This document shows positions 37,379 through 47,446 of a DNA stretch of 64,000 nucleotides, in pieces. The notes under the pieces are model-generated. The model was not told the DNA's origin, ran no database searches, and saw nothing but the letters and a program-made list of their open reading frames with translations. The translations under genes were made by a program, and so were the position numbers. Numbering within the stretch: the first letter of the stretch is position 1; every line of letters starts with the position of its first letter. The DNA comes from Verrucomicrobiota bacterium (lineage in GTDB: Bacteria > Verrucomicrobiota > Verrucomicrobiia > Opitutales > Cerasicoccaceae), in NCBI GenBank assembly GCA_039818205.1, contig JBCBUK010000005.1, positions 96,001-160,000 of the forward strand, written 5' to 3'.

Positions 37379-39406
37379 CTAGTGAGCTGCTTGAGCTGCT
37401 GGCGCGTCCGTCGGTTCGTCGGATTCTTCATCACCTTCCTTGGGCGGATCGAGGTGGTAACCGCCGGGCCCCTCAAGTGCCCAGAGGTAAATTCCCAGCG
37501 TCACCGCAACGAGGCCGCCAATGGCAAAATAACCCGCCAAAGGAACACCCGCTGCCAGCATCGCCATGGAAACGCCAAAAACAGCAAATCCAAATCCACA
37601 GAGCAGCGGGAACCACGATTGGCTCGGCATGTGGATGCCATGGCCACCATCGTCCATAAAATCCATTTTCTTATCGCCGTGCTTATGAACCCAAAAGCAG
37701 TCACGTGCCTGGACTACCGGCGTGCGCGCAAAATTATAGGCGGGGACCGGTGTTGGCGTTGACCACTCCAGAGTTCGTCCATCCCACGGGTCAGACTCAC
37801 AAGGCTTTCCTTTGAGGGCCGTCCAAACGATATTCACGAAACAAAGGAGAACACCGATGCCCAAAATAAATGCACCAATTGTCGCCACATGATTCCATAG
37901 GTTCCATCCCATATCGCCAAGATAGGTGTGGGTCCGGCGAGGCATCCCGGTCAACCCCAGGTAGTGCATCGGAAAGAAGGTAATATTGAACCCAGCGATC
38001 ACCAAGAAAGCGGTCCAATAGCCAAGCTTCTGGTTGAGCATTCGGCCGAAAATTTTCGGAGTCCAAAAATACAGACCGGCAAGCAAGCCAAGGAGCACAC
38101 CGCCAAGCAAAACGTAGTGGAAGTGCGCTACCACGAAATAACTGTCCTGTTGCTGCGCATCGGCTGGAGCCGCGGAGTGCATGATCCCGGTAAAGCCACC
38201 CATCATGAACATCCAGATGAAGCCCAGAGCAAATACCATGGGAACCGTGAATTTGATGCGCCCGCCCCAAAGGGTACCCATCCAATTGAAAATCTTGACG
38301 CCGGTTGGAACCGCAATGGCCATCGTCAACAACGAGAACGCCGCAGTTGCAATCTTGCCCAAGCCAGTCGTAAACATGTGGTGACTCCAAACGGCGAAGC
38401 CAAGGAATCCAATGACAGCGCCCGAGAACACAATGATCGGATATCCAAACAATGGCTTCTTCGAGAAGGTTGGCAGAATCTCAGAGACAATACCCATCGC
38501 CGGCAACACGAGGATATAAACCTCGGGGTGACCAAACACCCAGAACAAGTGCTGCCACAAGATCGGTTGACCACCCGCTTCGACACGGAAAAAGTTCGTT
38601 CCAAAGTAGCGGTCAAACATCAACTCAGCCAACGCAATCGTAATTGCCGGGAAGGCGAATATAATCAGAAAACTGGTAATCAATGTCATCCAGGTGAACA
38701 CCGGCAGGCGCATCATGGTCATACCGGGAGCGCGCATGTTCAGAATCGTGACAATAAAGTTGAACGACGCTGCCAAGGATGCGACCCCAAGGATCTGCAG
38801 ACCGACAATCCAGAAGTCCGTGCCAATACCAGTATATTCAGCGCTAGTCAGCGGCACATAACCGAACCAACCACCGGCAGGTGCCATATCGGTGAGCCGG
38901 AGATCTTGCCCAAACCAGCCGACAGTGTGCGCAAATTGAAAGAACCAGCTGACGTTCAAAACGAATGCACCCGCCACGAAAGTCCACAGGGAGAAGGCAT
39001 TCAACCGGGGAAAGGCAACGTCACGTGCCCCGATCTGAAGGGGAACCAGGAAATTGAAAAAGGCGGCCGACAATGGCATGACTCCCAGAAAGATCATGGT
39101 GGTGCCATGCATCGTGAAAAACTGATTGTAGAGCTGCGCCGTAATGAAATCATTCTCCGGCACAGCCAACTGAACCCGAATCATCAGGGCCTCGACTCCA
39201 CCCAACAGGAAGAAGAACAGAGCGAAGGCACCATACATGACGCCAATCTTCTTATGGTCGACGGTCGTTAACCAGTCGATCCAACCGGAGTGGCGATCAG
39301 GGCGGTTCAGTCCCAACCAGGATTTCTCTGGCGCCAACTGACTTTTGTCGGCGACAGCATGATGATGATCGGCGTGATGAGGCGCGTCTGCGGTTGCGGT
39401 GCTCAT
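37379..39406 (-). CDS. ctaD: Cytochrome c oxidase subunit I, type A1
   Basis: TTVDHKKIG, TMHGTTMIF, FPRLN, WVFGHPEVY (A1 signature), VWSHHMF, VAHFHY, GMPRR; C-terminal IHMPS.SW extra helices. Confidence 0.97.
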   Translation of the reverse strand: MSTATADAPHHADHHHAVADKSQLAPEKSWLGLNRPDRHSGWIDWLTTVDHKKIGVMYGAFALFFFLLGGVEALMIRVQLAVPENDFITAQLYNQFFTMHGTTMIFLGVMPLSAAFFNFLVPLQIGARDVAFPRLNAFSLWTFVAGAFVLNVSWFFQFAHTVGWFGQDLRLTDMAPAGGWFGYVPLTSAEYTGIGTDFWIVGLQILGVASLAASFNFIVTILNMRAPGMTMMRLPVFTWMTLITSFLIIFAFPAITIALAELMFDRYFGTNFFRVEAGGQPILWQHLFWVFGHPEVYILVLPAMGIVSEILPTFSKKPLFGYPIIVFSGAVIGFLGFAVWSHHMFTTGLGKIATAAFSLLTMAIAVPTGVKIFNWMGTLWGGRIKFTVPMVFALGFIWMFMMGGFTGIMHSAAPADAQQQDSYFVVAHFHYVLLGGVLLGLLAGLYFWTPKIFGRMLNQKLGYWTAFLVIAGFNITFFPMHYLGLTGMPRRTHTYLGDMGWNLWNHVATIGAFILGIGVLLCFVNIVWTALKGKPCESDPWDGRTLEWSTPTPVPAYNFARTPVVQARDCFWVHKHGDKKMDFMDDGGHGIHMPSQSWFPLLCGFGFAVFGVSMAMLAAGVPLAGYFAIGGLVAVTLGIYLWALEGPGGYHLDPPKEGDEESDEPTDAPAAQAAH

Positions 39407-39419
39407 GAGATAAAGATAA

Positions 39420-41042
39420 TTATTTCAAAGTGAGCAGATACTTAGCGATCTGCTTGAATTGTTCTTCGGTTAACCAACCGCTAACCTCAGCGAGCTTTTG
39501 CAGTTGAGCGGGGTCCTCCTCGATTGGCTCAACAATACGTCTCAAGGTCATGGGTTGCGTTACAACGCTGGTGATGTCAGCGCCCGGGTTCGATTTCAGG
39601 GCGGCAAGCTCCTTGCGGGAAACACCAGCGCTGGACAGCATTTTGTCAGTAGCAGAAATTGCGTCATCAAGCGCGTTGTAGGCTTCTTTGCCCATCTCAT
39701 TCTTGAGATCCTTGCGCTGGCTCCGATCCGAAAGCTGGGCAAAGACCGTTGCCAACTCCTCGGCGCTGATTGCCTTGCCCTCGTGATGCAGCGCAAGTAG
39801 ATCCGCGTAGGTCAACGCGATCGTCTTCAGATTAGCCAAGCCCGCGTCCATGTCGTAATACATGAGGTTGCCCGGCTTATAGTGGTGCGACCGAGCGATC
39901 CACTCGATAAAGTTCTCCTGCTGCTTCACGGCATCGATACCGCCGTCTTCCGTGTAGTGATTCAGAATACCAGCGGCGAGCGACTTCCGTTCAGCCACCT
40001 TGGTCAAGTTTGGCCCGATCACACCCGCGGCAGGCGATGCGTCAATGGCGTGGCAAACGATGCACTTGCCATCACCCATGAACAATTGAGCGCCCTTGGT
40101 GATGTCATCTTGCTTTTTATTGCCAGTCATCAGCTTGTCCGGGTTGCTGGCCGACTGCTTAAACCACTCCATCCAATCATCTTGGTGAGTCGGCTCGGGC
40201 TTCTCAGCGGTTGGCTTGGACTTAAACCCGCTTGGAGCCGGGGCCCCTTGCTTGTATTCGGCCACCCATTTTTCAAATTCTTCGTCGGAGACCACCTCGG
40301 CGCGGAAGAGCATGTAGGCGTGGGCATCACCGCAAAACTCCGCGCATTGGCCAAAATAGTAGCCCTCTTCATCGGCCATGAGCCACATCCAGTTTTTGCG
40401 ACCTGGCATTAAATCGACCTTACCGCCCAACTTAGGTAGCCAGAACGAGTGGATGACATCACGCCCGCGCAGGTTAAATTTGACCACTTTTCCCTTCGGG
40501 ATGACAAATTCGTTCGCGGTGACGATTCCTAGCTGAGGATATTCAAAACCGAACCACCATTGCCAACCGTCCACGGTGATCTCCAAAACATCGTCTTTGG
40601 CCTCTTTGGAAATTTCTCCGCCATACCAGGCCCCAAGCTTCGATTCTTCGTAGTAGGGCTGGTCCTCCGGGAGTTCATGGGTGAACCAAATCGCTCGCAA
40701 TGTTGGGATCGCGATGATCACGAGTAGAAAAATAGACGCGCCAATGAGGCCGATTTCGATCAGCGGGTTGCCATGACCTTGCGAAGGCATCGGCTTGTCC
40801 TCATCTCCGGGCCGCTCGCGGAAATGCCATACGACCCAGACCAGCGCACCGCCTACGACGATAAAAATGCCCAGCGAAACCCAAACGGTGATGTAGAAGA
40901 GGTCGAGCTGCTCACGGGCTACAGGTCCCTTAGGGTCGAGGGTCGACTGCTTTAAATTAAAACTACAGCCAGCCAATCCAAGGGTCAGTAAAAAGAGACC
41001 AAGGCGACTAAGTATCCGAGCAATTGGGGGTGAGATGATCAT
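39420..41042 (-). CDS. ctaC: Cytochrome c oxidase subunit II with fused cytochrome c (caa3 type), lipoprotein
   Basis: LAGC lipobox, GWQWWF, DVIHSFW, CAEFCGDAHAYM (CuA), CIVCH heme motif, GPNLT, KPGNLM. Confidence 0.95.
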   Translation of the reverse strand: MIISPPIARILSRLGLFLLTLGLAGCSFNLKQSTLDPKGPVAREQLDLFYITVWVSLGIFIVVGGALVWVVWHFRERPGDEDKPMPSQGHGNPLIEIGLIGASIFLLVIIAIPTLRAIWFTHELPEDQPYYEESKLGAWYGGEISKEAKDDVLEITVDGWQWWFGFEYPQLGIVTANEFVIPKGKVVKFNLRGRDVIHSFWLPKLGGKVDLMPGRKNWMWLMADEEGYYFGQCAEFCGDAHAYMLFRAEVVSDEEFEKWVAEYKQGAPAPSGFKSKPTAEKPEPTHQDDWMEWFKQSASNPDKLMTGNKKQDDITKGAQLFMGDGKCIVCHAIDASPAAGVIGPNLTKVAERKSLAAGILNHYTEDGGIDAVKQQENFIEWIARSHHYKPGNLMYYDMDAGLANLKTIALTYADLLALHHEGKAISAEELATVFAQLSDRSQRKDLKNEMGKEAYNALDDAISATDKMLSSAGVSRKELAALKSNPGADITSVVTQPMTLRRIVEPIEEDPAQLQKLAEVSGWLTEEQFKQIAKYLLTLK

Positions 41043-41182
41043 GCGTCAGAGAGCAAAAACAGGAAAATTTCAAGGTAGCAGCTGGAATGATACCAACTAG
41101 AAACCTTGTTAATTTGCCCAAGCAGCGATCGAGTTCAAGCGGAATATTGCATTGCTGGCCAGAACTGCTTTGATCGTTACCT

Positions 41183-41713
41183 ATGTTGAATCTCATTCGC
41201 ATTTTCTCGCTACCAATTGCCCTCGCCGGACTCTGCGGATGCGGCCCCCAACCCCTCCCGCCTGAGCCAGAGATCAAACAGGAGGTCAAGACCATCTCCA
41301 ATGCCGCTGGTGAGGTCAGCGATACGATCAAAATCACTTCCTTCGACAACATGCGTTACGATAAGATGTTGTTGGAAGTTCCTGCTGGGCAAAAAATCAC
41401 CTTAACACTGGTAAATGAAGGCCGCATGCCGAAAGAGGCCATGGCCCATAACCTTGTAATCCTAAAACTCGGCAAGGACGTGAATGCCTACGTGGCCGAG
41501 GCAATCTTTTCCGACGAAAGCGACTACATACCGGCAAACTACGCCGATTGGGTCGTTGCCCACACCAAGATGCTCGGAGCTGGCGAATCAGACACCATCA
41601 CGTTCATCGCTCCCGACAAGCCCGGTGAGTATCCGTTCGTCTGCACATTCCCGGGGCACTCCGCTGCCGGCATGAAGGGAATTATGCGGGTCGTCGTCGA
41701 AACCCCGTTGTAG
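41183..41713 (+). CDS. Azurin/auracyanin-like type-1 blue copper lipoprotein
   Basis: LCGC lipobox, MAHNLV, YPFVCTFPGHSAAGMKG (His-Cys-His-Met ligands). Confidence 0.9.
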   Translation: MLNLIRIFSLPIALAGLCGCGPQPLPPEPEIKQEVKTISNAAGEVSDTIKITSFDNMRYDKMLLEVPAGQKITLTLVNEGRMPKEAMAHNLVILKLGKDVNAYVAEAIFSDESDYIPANYADWVVAHTKMLGAGESDTITFIAPDKPGEYPFVCTFPGHSAAGMKGIMRVVVETPL

Positions 41714-41740
41714 TCCGCTCAACCTGTCGGATTTCGGCGT

Positions 41741-41878
41741 TTAGGCAGATTTCTTCGGGCAAGCGCAAGACTTCCCACCGCATCCGGACGAGGCTTCTCT
41801 CGATTTCCGCCAGGTGCGCCACAGGTAAACACTGGCTGCCAAAATAGCTCCCGCTACGACTACCGTTTCAACGATCAT
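41741..41878 (-). CDS. FeoB-associated Cys-rich small membrane protein
   Basis: 45 aa MIVETVVVAGAILAASVYLWRTWRK...GCGGKSCAC; ATGA overlap with the feoB stop. Confidence 0.75.
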   Translation of the reverse strand: MIVETVVVAGAILAASVYLWRTWRKSREASSGCGGKSCACPKKSA

Positions 41879-44112
41879 AAACCGATTGCTGTTCCAATTT
41901 GATAGACCATAACGGCCCCAACCCAGGCAAGCAAGGTCATCGAGAAGAAACTTCCCGCCGCCCAACGCCAGCTGAGCTCCTTGGCGATCACGGCAACCGT
42001 AGCCCCACACTGCTGACAAAGCGCGAAAAACACCATGATCGCTAGAGCGACTGGCAGCGTAAAGATGGACTGCCCGGCCCGCTCGCCCTCCTGCCACTTC
42101 GCATTAGCCAAGGTTGACTTCAGATCGGGCGACTCTTCGTCCACATCCCCACCGAGGCTGTAGATGATCCCAAGGGTCGAAATGATGACCTCCCGGGCTG
42201 GAAAACTCGCTACGACGCCCACAGTAATCTTCCAATCAAAGCCCGCCAGCGCGAATACCGGCTGAATCGCTTTACCGACGCGAGCCATGATACTCTGGTT
42301 GATGTAGGCACTGTCGATTGCGTGGCCCAGCTCAATCGAAATATCCGATTCCGGGTCTGCCAGTAGAGCTTCGATCTCTTCAACTGAGTCTGGATTCGCC
42401 GCAATCTGTTGGCTAACAAAGTTTCTCGCAACGTCCTCCGCTAAGGCGTCTGGGCGAGGGAAATAAAGCATCGCCCAAACGATCACCGTAATTGCTAAGA
42501 TAATCGTGCCCGCACGCTCGACGAATTCACGCCCTGCCTGCCACATCCGATAAAGTACATCGGCCAAACGGGGTACCCGGTACGGCGGCATCTCAATTAG
42601 GAACGGCTGTGGCTTCGTTTTGACAACAAACTTGGTCAGAATCCAGGCAGCAGGAACGGCCAAAGCCAAGCCGAGCAGGTGCATCACGAATAGAACCAAG
42701 CCCGCAATAAATGGGCCATAAACAGGCTCAACAAAGGCTCCGATCAACAATACGTACACCGGTAGCCGAGCCGAACAACTCATCAAGGGCGCAACCAGAA
42801 TCGTGACCAGTCGTGCCTTGGGGTCTTCAATCGTACGTGTCGCCAGAATGCCTGGAATGGCACAAGCGTAGCTGGACAGCATCGGGACGAAGCTCTTTCC
42901 ATTGAGCCCGCACCAGCCAAATAACCGATCCATCAGGAACGCAGCACGCGCCATGTAGCCCGTATCCTCAAGCAGCGAAATGAAGAAGAACAGGATAAGG
43001 ATCTGCGGAAGGAAAATAACAAAAGCACCCACGCCCTCAATCACGCCATCCGCGACCAGAGACTGCAGCATTGGGTAGGCCGACAGCCAGCCACCAACGA
43101 TCCCCTGCACCCAACTCTTGCCGGCGTCGATAACATCCATCAACGGACCTGCCCAGGTGTAGACCGATTGGAAAACCAGATACATGAGTGACGCAAAGGC
43201 CACCAGACCCCAGCCACGATGCAGCAGCAGCCGATCGATCGACTCGCTCTTACGCTCCTTTTCTTCCCCCGCCTGGCCGATGACGCCATCAAGGATCTTA
43301 TCCAAGTGCTTATAGCAAATGACGGCTTCGGCGGCCATGGGGTTGTAACCCAGCTTACGCAGCTTCTCACGCCCCGAACTAATCGCCGCCCGGACGGAAT
43401 CTTGGCCAGATTCAACGCGATTCATCACGGCGGAACTGGCATCGAACAGCATCCGTCGAATCTCAAGCTCGGTAAGCGGAAAGGTCGTGTGGCCCTCCGT
43501 GGCAAATTGGATGTCTTTAACGGCGACATTGACCTCTTCTGGCCACTTGATGGGCGCCATACAACGCTCCTGGAAAAAGGCCCGACCGATCGCCTCACGC
43601 AGCTCGGCAACTCCAATACCTTTTCGGCCCACCGTCGAAACGATCGGCACTCCTAAGCGCTTTTCAAGCTCCTCAACATCAATAGTTTGGCCACGTGCCT
43701 CGAGTGAATCCCAGAGATTCAGGGCAATGACCATGGGAATTCCCAGCTCGGCAATCTGCAATGCGAGGAACAGATTCCGCTTTAAATTGGTGGCATCAAC
43801 GACGCACACCACGGCGTCGGGGCGCTCCATGCCAGGCAAGTGGCCACTGAGCACATCAACGGCAACACGCTCGTCCAGCGAACTGGCAGAGAGGCTGTAG
43901 GCACCCGGCAAATCAATGAGGGTCGCCTGGCCCATCGGCAAATGAACGGTCCCCAGTTTCTTTTCAACGGTGACACCCGGGTAGTTTCCAACCCGCTGAC
44001 GCATGCCGGTTAGGCAATTGAACAGCGATGTCTTGCCGGTGTTTGGATTGCCAATCAAGGCAATCTGCTTAACGCCCGATTTAGACGGAGATTTTGGGGT
44101 CGCAGTGGCCAC
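41875..44112 (-). CDS. feoB: Ferrous iron transporter B
   Basis: GNPNTGKTSLFN, VGNYPGVTVE, DLPGAYSL, LEDTGYMARAAF, CAIPG, MSCSARLPVY, E.PPYR.P, AREV. Confidence 0.97.
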   Translation of the reverse strand: MATATPKSPSKSGVKQIALIGNPNTGKTSLFNCLTGMRQRVGNYPGVTVEKKLGTVHLPMGQATLIDLPGAYSLSASSLDERVAVDVLSGHLPGMERPDAVVCVVDATNLKRNLFLALQIAELGIPMVIALNLWDSLEARGQTIDVEELEKRLGVPIVSTVGRKGIGVAELREAIGRAFFQERCMAPIKWPEEVNVAVKDIQFATEGHTTFPLTELEIRRMLFDASSAVMNRVESGQDSVRAAISSGREKLRKLGYNPMAAEAVICYKHLDKILDGVIGQAGEEKERKSESIDRLLLHRGWGLVAFASLMYLVFQSVYTWAGPLMDVIDAGKSWVQGIVGGWLSAYPMLQSLVADGVIEGVGAFVIFLPQILILFFFISLLEDTGYMARAAFLMDRLFGWCGLNGKSFVPMLSSYACAIPGILATRTIEDPKARLVTILVAPLMSCSARLPVYVLLIGAFVEPVYGPFIAGLVLFVMHLLGLALAVPAAWILTKFVVKTKPQPFLIEMPPYRVPRLADVLYRMWQAGREFVERAGTIILAITVIVWAMLYFPRPDALAEDVARNFVSQQIAANPDSVEEIEALLADPESDISIELGHAIDSAYINQSIMARVGKAIQPVFALAGFDWKITVGVVASFPAREVIISTLGIIYSLGGDVDEESPDLKSTLANAKWQEGERAGQSIFTLPVALAIMVFFALCQQCGATVAVIAKELSWRWAAGSFFSMTLLAWVGAVMVYQIGTAIGL

Positions 44113-44149
44113 TACTTAGACGCGCCCATGCGCGATTGCAGGGAAACGA

Positions 44150-44380
44150 TTAAACCGCCAACGGCTCTACCTCAACAGTAGCCGCCTCTCGACGGCGCAG
44201 GCTGATTTTCTGGCCCGCGAAACTGATTGCAATCGGGTCCCCAAGGGGTGCGACTTGCGCGAGCTGAACGATCTGCCCTGGCAACAAACCGAAATTAGCC
44301 AAGCGCTGGCCAATCGATTGTTCAAAGTTAACCATGGTTACACGGCAATGACTTCCGGGCTTAATTTCGTCGAGTCTCAT
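44150..44380 (-). CDS. feoA: Ferrous iron transport protein A
   Basis: RL..FGLLPG, APLGDPI, ISLRRREA. Confidence 0.93.
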   Translation of the reverse strand: MRLDEIKPGSHCRVTMVNFEQSIGQRLANFGLLPGQIVQLAQVAPLGDPIAISFAGQKISLRRREAATVEVEPLAV

Positions 44381-44406
44381 GATGCTTGTGTAGGAATTGT
44401 GCCTGA

Positions 44407-44423
44407 GTGAAAACGAGTCTCAA
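44407..44423. promoter_or_regulatory. Fur-box-like imperfect palindrome upstream of feoA
   Basis: Minus strand TTGAGACTCGTTTTCAC, resembling the 7-1-7 TGAGAAT-N-ATTCTCA pattern; 27 bp upstream of feoA. Confidence 0.5.
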
Positions 44424-44497
44424 GCACAATTGTGACATTTCGACGTTATTATTCCATTCATTAATACAAGCTAGTAGCAGGCCTTCAAACTGAGAAA

Positions 44498-44956
44498 TTA
44501 GGCGGCTGGGAACCACTGATAGAGGAAAAAATAGACCAATACTCCCGTTACGCTAACGTAATACCAGGCAGGAAAGGTCCACTTTGCCCAGGCGCGATGC
44601 TTTTCGAATCGGCCCTTAAAGGCATGGAACAAGGTTATGAAAATGAGCGGGACAATCACCATCGCCAGTAAGACGTGGGTCAGAAGCATCGGATAGTAGA
44701 TCCACTGCCAAATTCCCTCCCCCGCAAACTTGGTATTCACGGCCTCACCCGCTGAATTTTTGAGGTATTTGTGGTAGAGATACCCAACGAGAAAAATGGT
44801 CGAAACGGAAAAGGCGCTCAGCATGCAAATCCGGTGGGCATTCTTGTTGGCTGCGCGGTTTTTTCGGATCAGCACAAAACCAATCGTCAAGAGAACAGTC
44901 GCCAGTGCATTGAGCGACGCGTTGATGGCGGGTAAGGTATGGAGAAGATCGGACAT
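44498..44956 (-). CDS. DUF420 membrane protein (commonly linked to oxidase assembly)
   Basis: LPAINASLN, H..CM..AF..S..FL..YL, L.TH..LA, H...A.W..P.W.YVSVTGV.VY. ATG 44956. Confidence 0.9.
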   Translation of the reverse strand: MSDLLHTLPAINASLNALATVLLTIGFVLIRKNRAANKNAHRICMLSAFSVSTIFLVGYLYHKYLKNSAGEAVNTKFAGEGIWQWIYYPMLLTHVLLAMVIVPLIFITLFHAFKGRFEKHRAWAKWTFPAWYYVSVTGVLVYFFLYQWFPAA

Positions 44957-45078
44957 AACGCTGAAACCAGTAAGCCGATGCCAAAGCCCCTCCAAGATTG
45001 CAACTCACAAGCTTAAAAAAATTCAATGATCCCGACTTGAATCAGCGAGACGAGGCGGAGGAAGTGATATTTACAAAT

Positions 45079-45795
45079 GTGCCCCTGACCCGAAAGTTGC
45101 TGATGCCGCTTGCGCTAGTGACAATCGTCCACGGACTGATTGCCAATGACCGCCGCATCGCCCCGAGAACGACCCAAGATCCGGTACAAATTTTGCCCGA
45201 TTATCAACTGGTCGGCGTACTTGAAATGGCCGATCGCCCAACCGAAGTTATCGTCCTGCGCCTTGAAGATGGTCAACTTTTCCAGGCAATGGAGGGCAGC
45301 ATGCTCGACTCCTACAAAGTTGAGCGAATCATTACCCAACATGGACTCGCGCGGGCCGAGGTAAAACGAATTGGTGAACGCTATCAAATTTCCATGAAGA
45401 CGCGGGCACCTGAGCCGTTCTCGCTCACGCCGCTGCAACAGTCCTTCAAAGACGGTTACATTGACCACGAGGGGCGGCTTACCGATCTCGGACGAGCGGC
45501 CATCACGGCCAAACTTAAACGACTGGCCCGAACCGGTGGCTACTACATGGAATACGTAGACCAGAATACTTTCGTGATCAACGTATCCACGATGCGAAAG
45601 AAGTCCTCCGAACTTGGCCATTGGGATGGCGCTGCCGATCCCTTTGCTCCGCCATCACCATCGAACAGCACGCTGAACAAGCTCTGCGAATCGATTGCCG
45701 GAGAGACCTATGACGATCTTATAATTTCATCGACTGGAGGCGACCTGTCGGTGACTACCAACTTTGGCGAAACGATTTCAATCAAATACGAATAA
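45079..45795 (+). CDS. Hypothetical exported protein
   Basis: Open frame with an N-terminal hydrophobic segment; start uncertain (GTG 45079 or ATG 45103). Confidence 0.6.
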   Translation: MPLTRKLLMPLALVTIVHGLIANDRRIAPRTTQDPVQILPDYQLVGVLEMADRPTEVIVLRLEDGQLFQAMEGSMLDSYKVERIITQHGLARAEVKRIGERYQISMKTRAPEPFSLTPLQQSFKDGYIDHEGRLTDLGRAAITAKLKRLARTGGYYMEYVDQNTFVINVSTMRKKSSELGHWDGAADPFAPPSPSNSTLNKLCESIAGETYDDLIISSTGGDLSVTTNFGETISIKYE

Positions 45796-45829
45796 GAAGA
45801 CTGCGAGAGACGCGCGAATCCAAACCACC

Positions 45830-47446
45830 TCACGGCGCGTGCACACGAATCGTTATGTCATCAATGGCATTGTCCCAGAGCGTTCCTCCGGGGTTCTGTG
45901 CGGTTTCCGTCGGGCCGTGCCAAACAATCTCATCGATTGGCAACGCGAGACTACCAGTAGTCGCCGTATTATATCGAACAAAACCAACATCGTTCGTCGG
46001 ATCAATCGTCCACATAACCGCACCATTCGCGAGGCCTTCAAGATAGACTGAATCTGGCTGTGCGCCCTCTTCCGCGCGTATATTGATCGACACCAATTGA
46101 ATCTGCACTGGCTGATTACTGAGCTCAAAGCGAAGCGTTCCATCAACCGCATCTTGCGCATAGTTCGCTTTGAAGCCATAGCCGTTGGCACCACCAAATC
46201 CGTCACCGCCATCATTCGCCGCGGTCCGGCCACCAGCAATCATGGTGACGCCGTTATTAGTCTCCGTCTGATTGTAGGCAACCCACCAATCACCCGAATG
46301 CTCCTCCCAATCGAAGGTCGCGTAAGTCGCCCCGAGCTGGGCATCACGCAAGGCGAAGAACTCTAGGTCCTTCGTCATCGGATACTGAACGGATACCATG
46401 CCCTGCTCATCAAATTGCAATCCGGTCACCACCGCTGCCCAGTTTGCCAACGGCACAGTCAACTGCTCGCTTGCAACCAGGTCTACGAGCGAAAATGGCA
46501 CGCCTTCCCCGAAGGCCAACTGAATCTCCTGACCCGAGGTTTCAATATCAGCCAGCACCTTTTTGGGGACGGGTTTGTACATGCGAATCCAATCCACCAG
46601 GTAGGTGTTGCGCGCTGGATCGAGCAGTTCCGCATCAGTCGGCGTCACCCCATTGTCGGATCTCCAATCCTGATCCTCCGTATCCATAATAATGTGCATC
46701 GGCTTGCTCAGGCCGGTACCGTTGGTGTAGCCCCGAGGGTCGATGATCGATTCACCGGAAACTGTCCTAACATGGACCCCATTGATGTAGTATTCAAGGT
46801 GCCAGGGATCTCGCCAATACATCCCATAACGGTGAAACCCGTCTGCCCAGATAGTGCCATCACGATACCAAGTGCCCGCATCCAAGGGCTGGTAGTCTTG
46901 AAAGGGGTTGCGAATAAAAACATGATGGCTGATGTGAACTCGCTCAGCCCACCACGTCTGATCCGGCCGATCGGAACCATAGGCTTCCAATGTATCAATC
47001 TCCTCAGTCGAATCGGCACTAAGGAGCCAGGCAGCCGAAGCCATCGTCAACGTATTGACCTTGGCACAAACCTCCATGTATAGCGGATACTCAAACGCCC
47101 CATGCGACGAAATGCAGCCCGCGTAGATTTCCTGGGTCCCGGGCTTCCGAGCCACTCGGATCACGAGATTGCCACCTTCGACCGATGAATAGGTTGGATT
47201 CCACTCAGTCAACCCCGGCCCCATCCAATTATTGATGAAGCTCGGCCGCCAACGGCTATTGAACTCCTCCGATTTTCCGACCGCAGGCGCGCTATAATTG
47301 AAATCATCAGAAACGGGAAGGAGCTGCCACTCCTTTCCAACACCAGGATCGGCTGGGACCGGATATGGGTCCCAATCGGCGGCGGCGACCCAATCTGGGC
47401 CGACCAGCAGCAACAATAGCGCTGGCAACAAGGCTTTTCTAAACAT
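45830..47446 (-). CDS. GH16 beta-agarase with C-terminal extra modules
   Basis: W...PVPA..G....WQL...[31 protein letters not shown] (ExDxxE), [42 protein letters not shown]. Confidence 0.93.
   Translation of the reverse strand: MFRKALLPALLLLLVGPDWVAAADWDPYPVPADPGVGKEWQLLPVSDDFNYSAPAVGKSEEFNSRWRPSFINNWMGPGLTEWNPTYSSVEGGNLVIRVARKPGTQEIYAGCISSHGAFEYPLYMEVCAKVNTLTMASAAWLLSADSTEEIDTLEAYGSDRPDQTWWAERVHISHHVFIRNPFQDYQPLDAGTWYRDGTIWADGFHRYGMYWRDPWHLEYYINGVHVRTVSGESIIDPRGYTNGTGLSKPMHIIMDTEDQDWRSDNGVTPTDAELLDPARNTYLVDWIRMYKPVPKKVLADIETSGQEIQLAFGEGVPFSLVDLVASEQLTVPLANWAAVVTGLQFDEQGMVSVQYPMTKDLEFFALRDAQLGATYATFDWEEHSGDWWVAYNQTETNNGVTMIAGGRTAANDGGDGFGGANGYGFKANYAQDAVDGTLRFELSNQPVQIQLVSINIRAEEGAQPDSVYLEGLANGAVMWTIDPTNDVGFVRYNTATTGSLALPIDEIVWHGPTETAQNPGGTLWDNAIDDITIRVHAP

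Noticed and set aside
37928..39271. 447-aa plus-strand ORF
   Set aside because: Antisense shadow of ctaD with no recognisable motifs; expected from codon bias.
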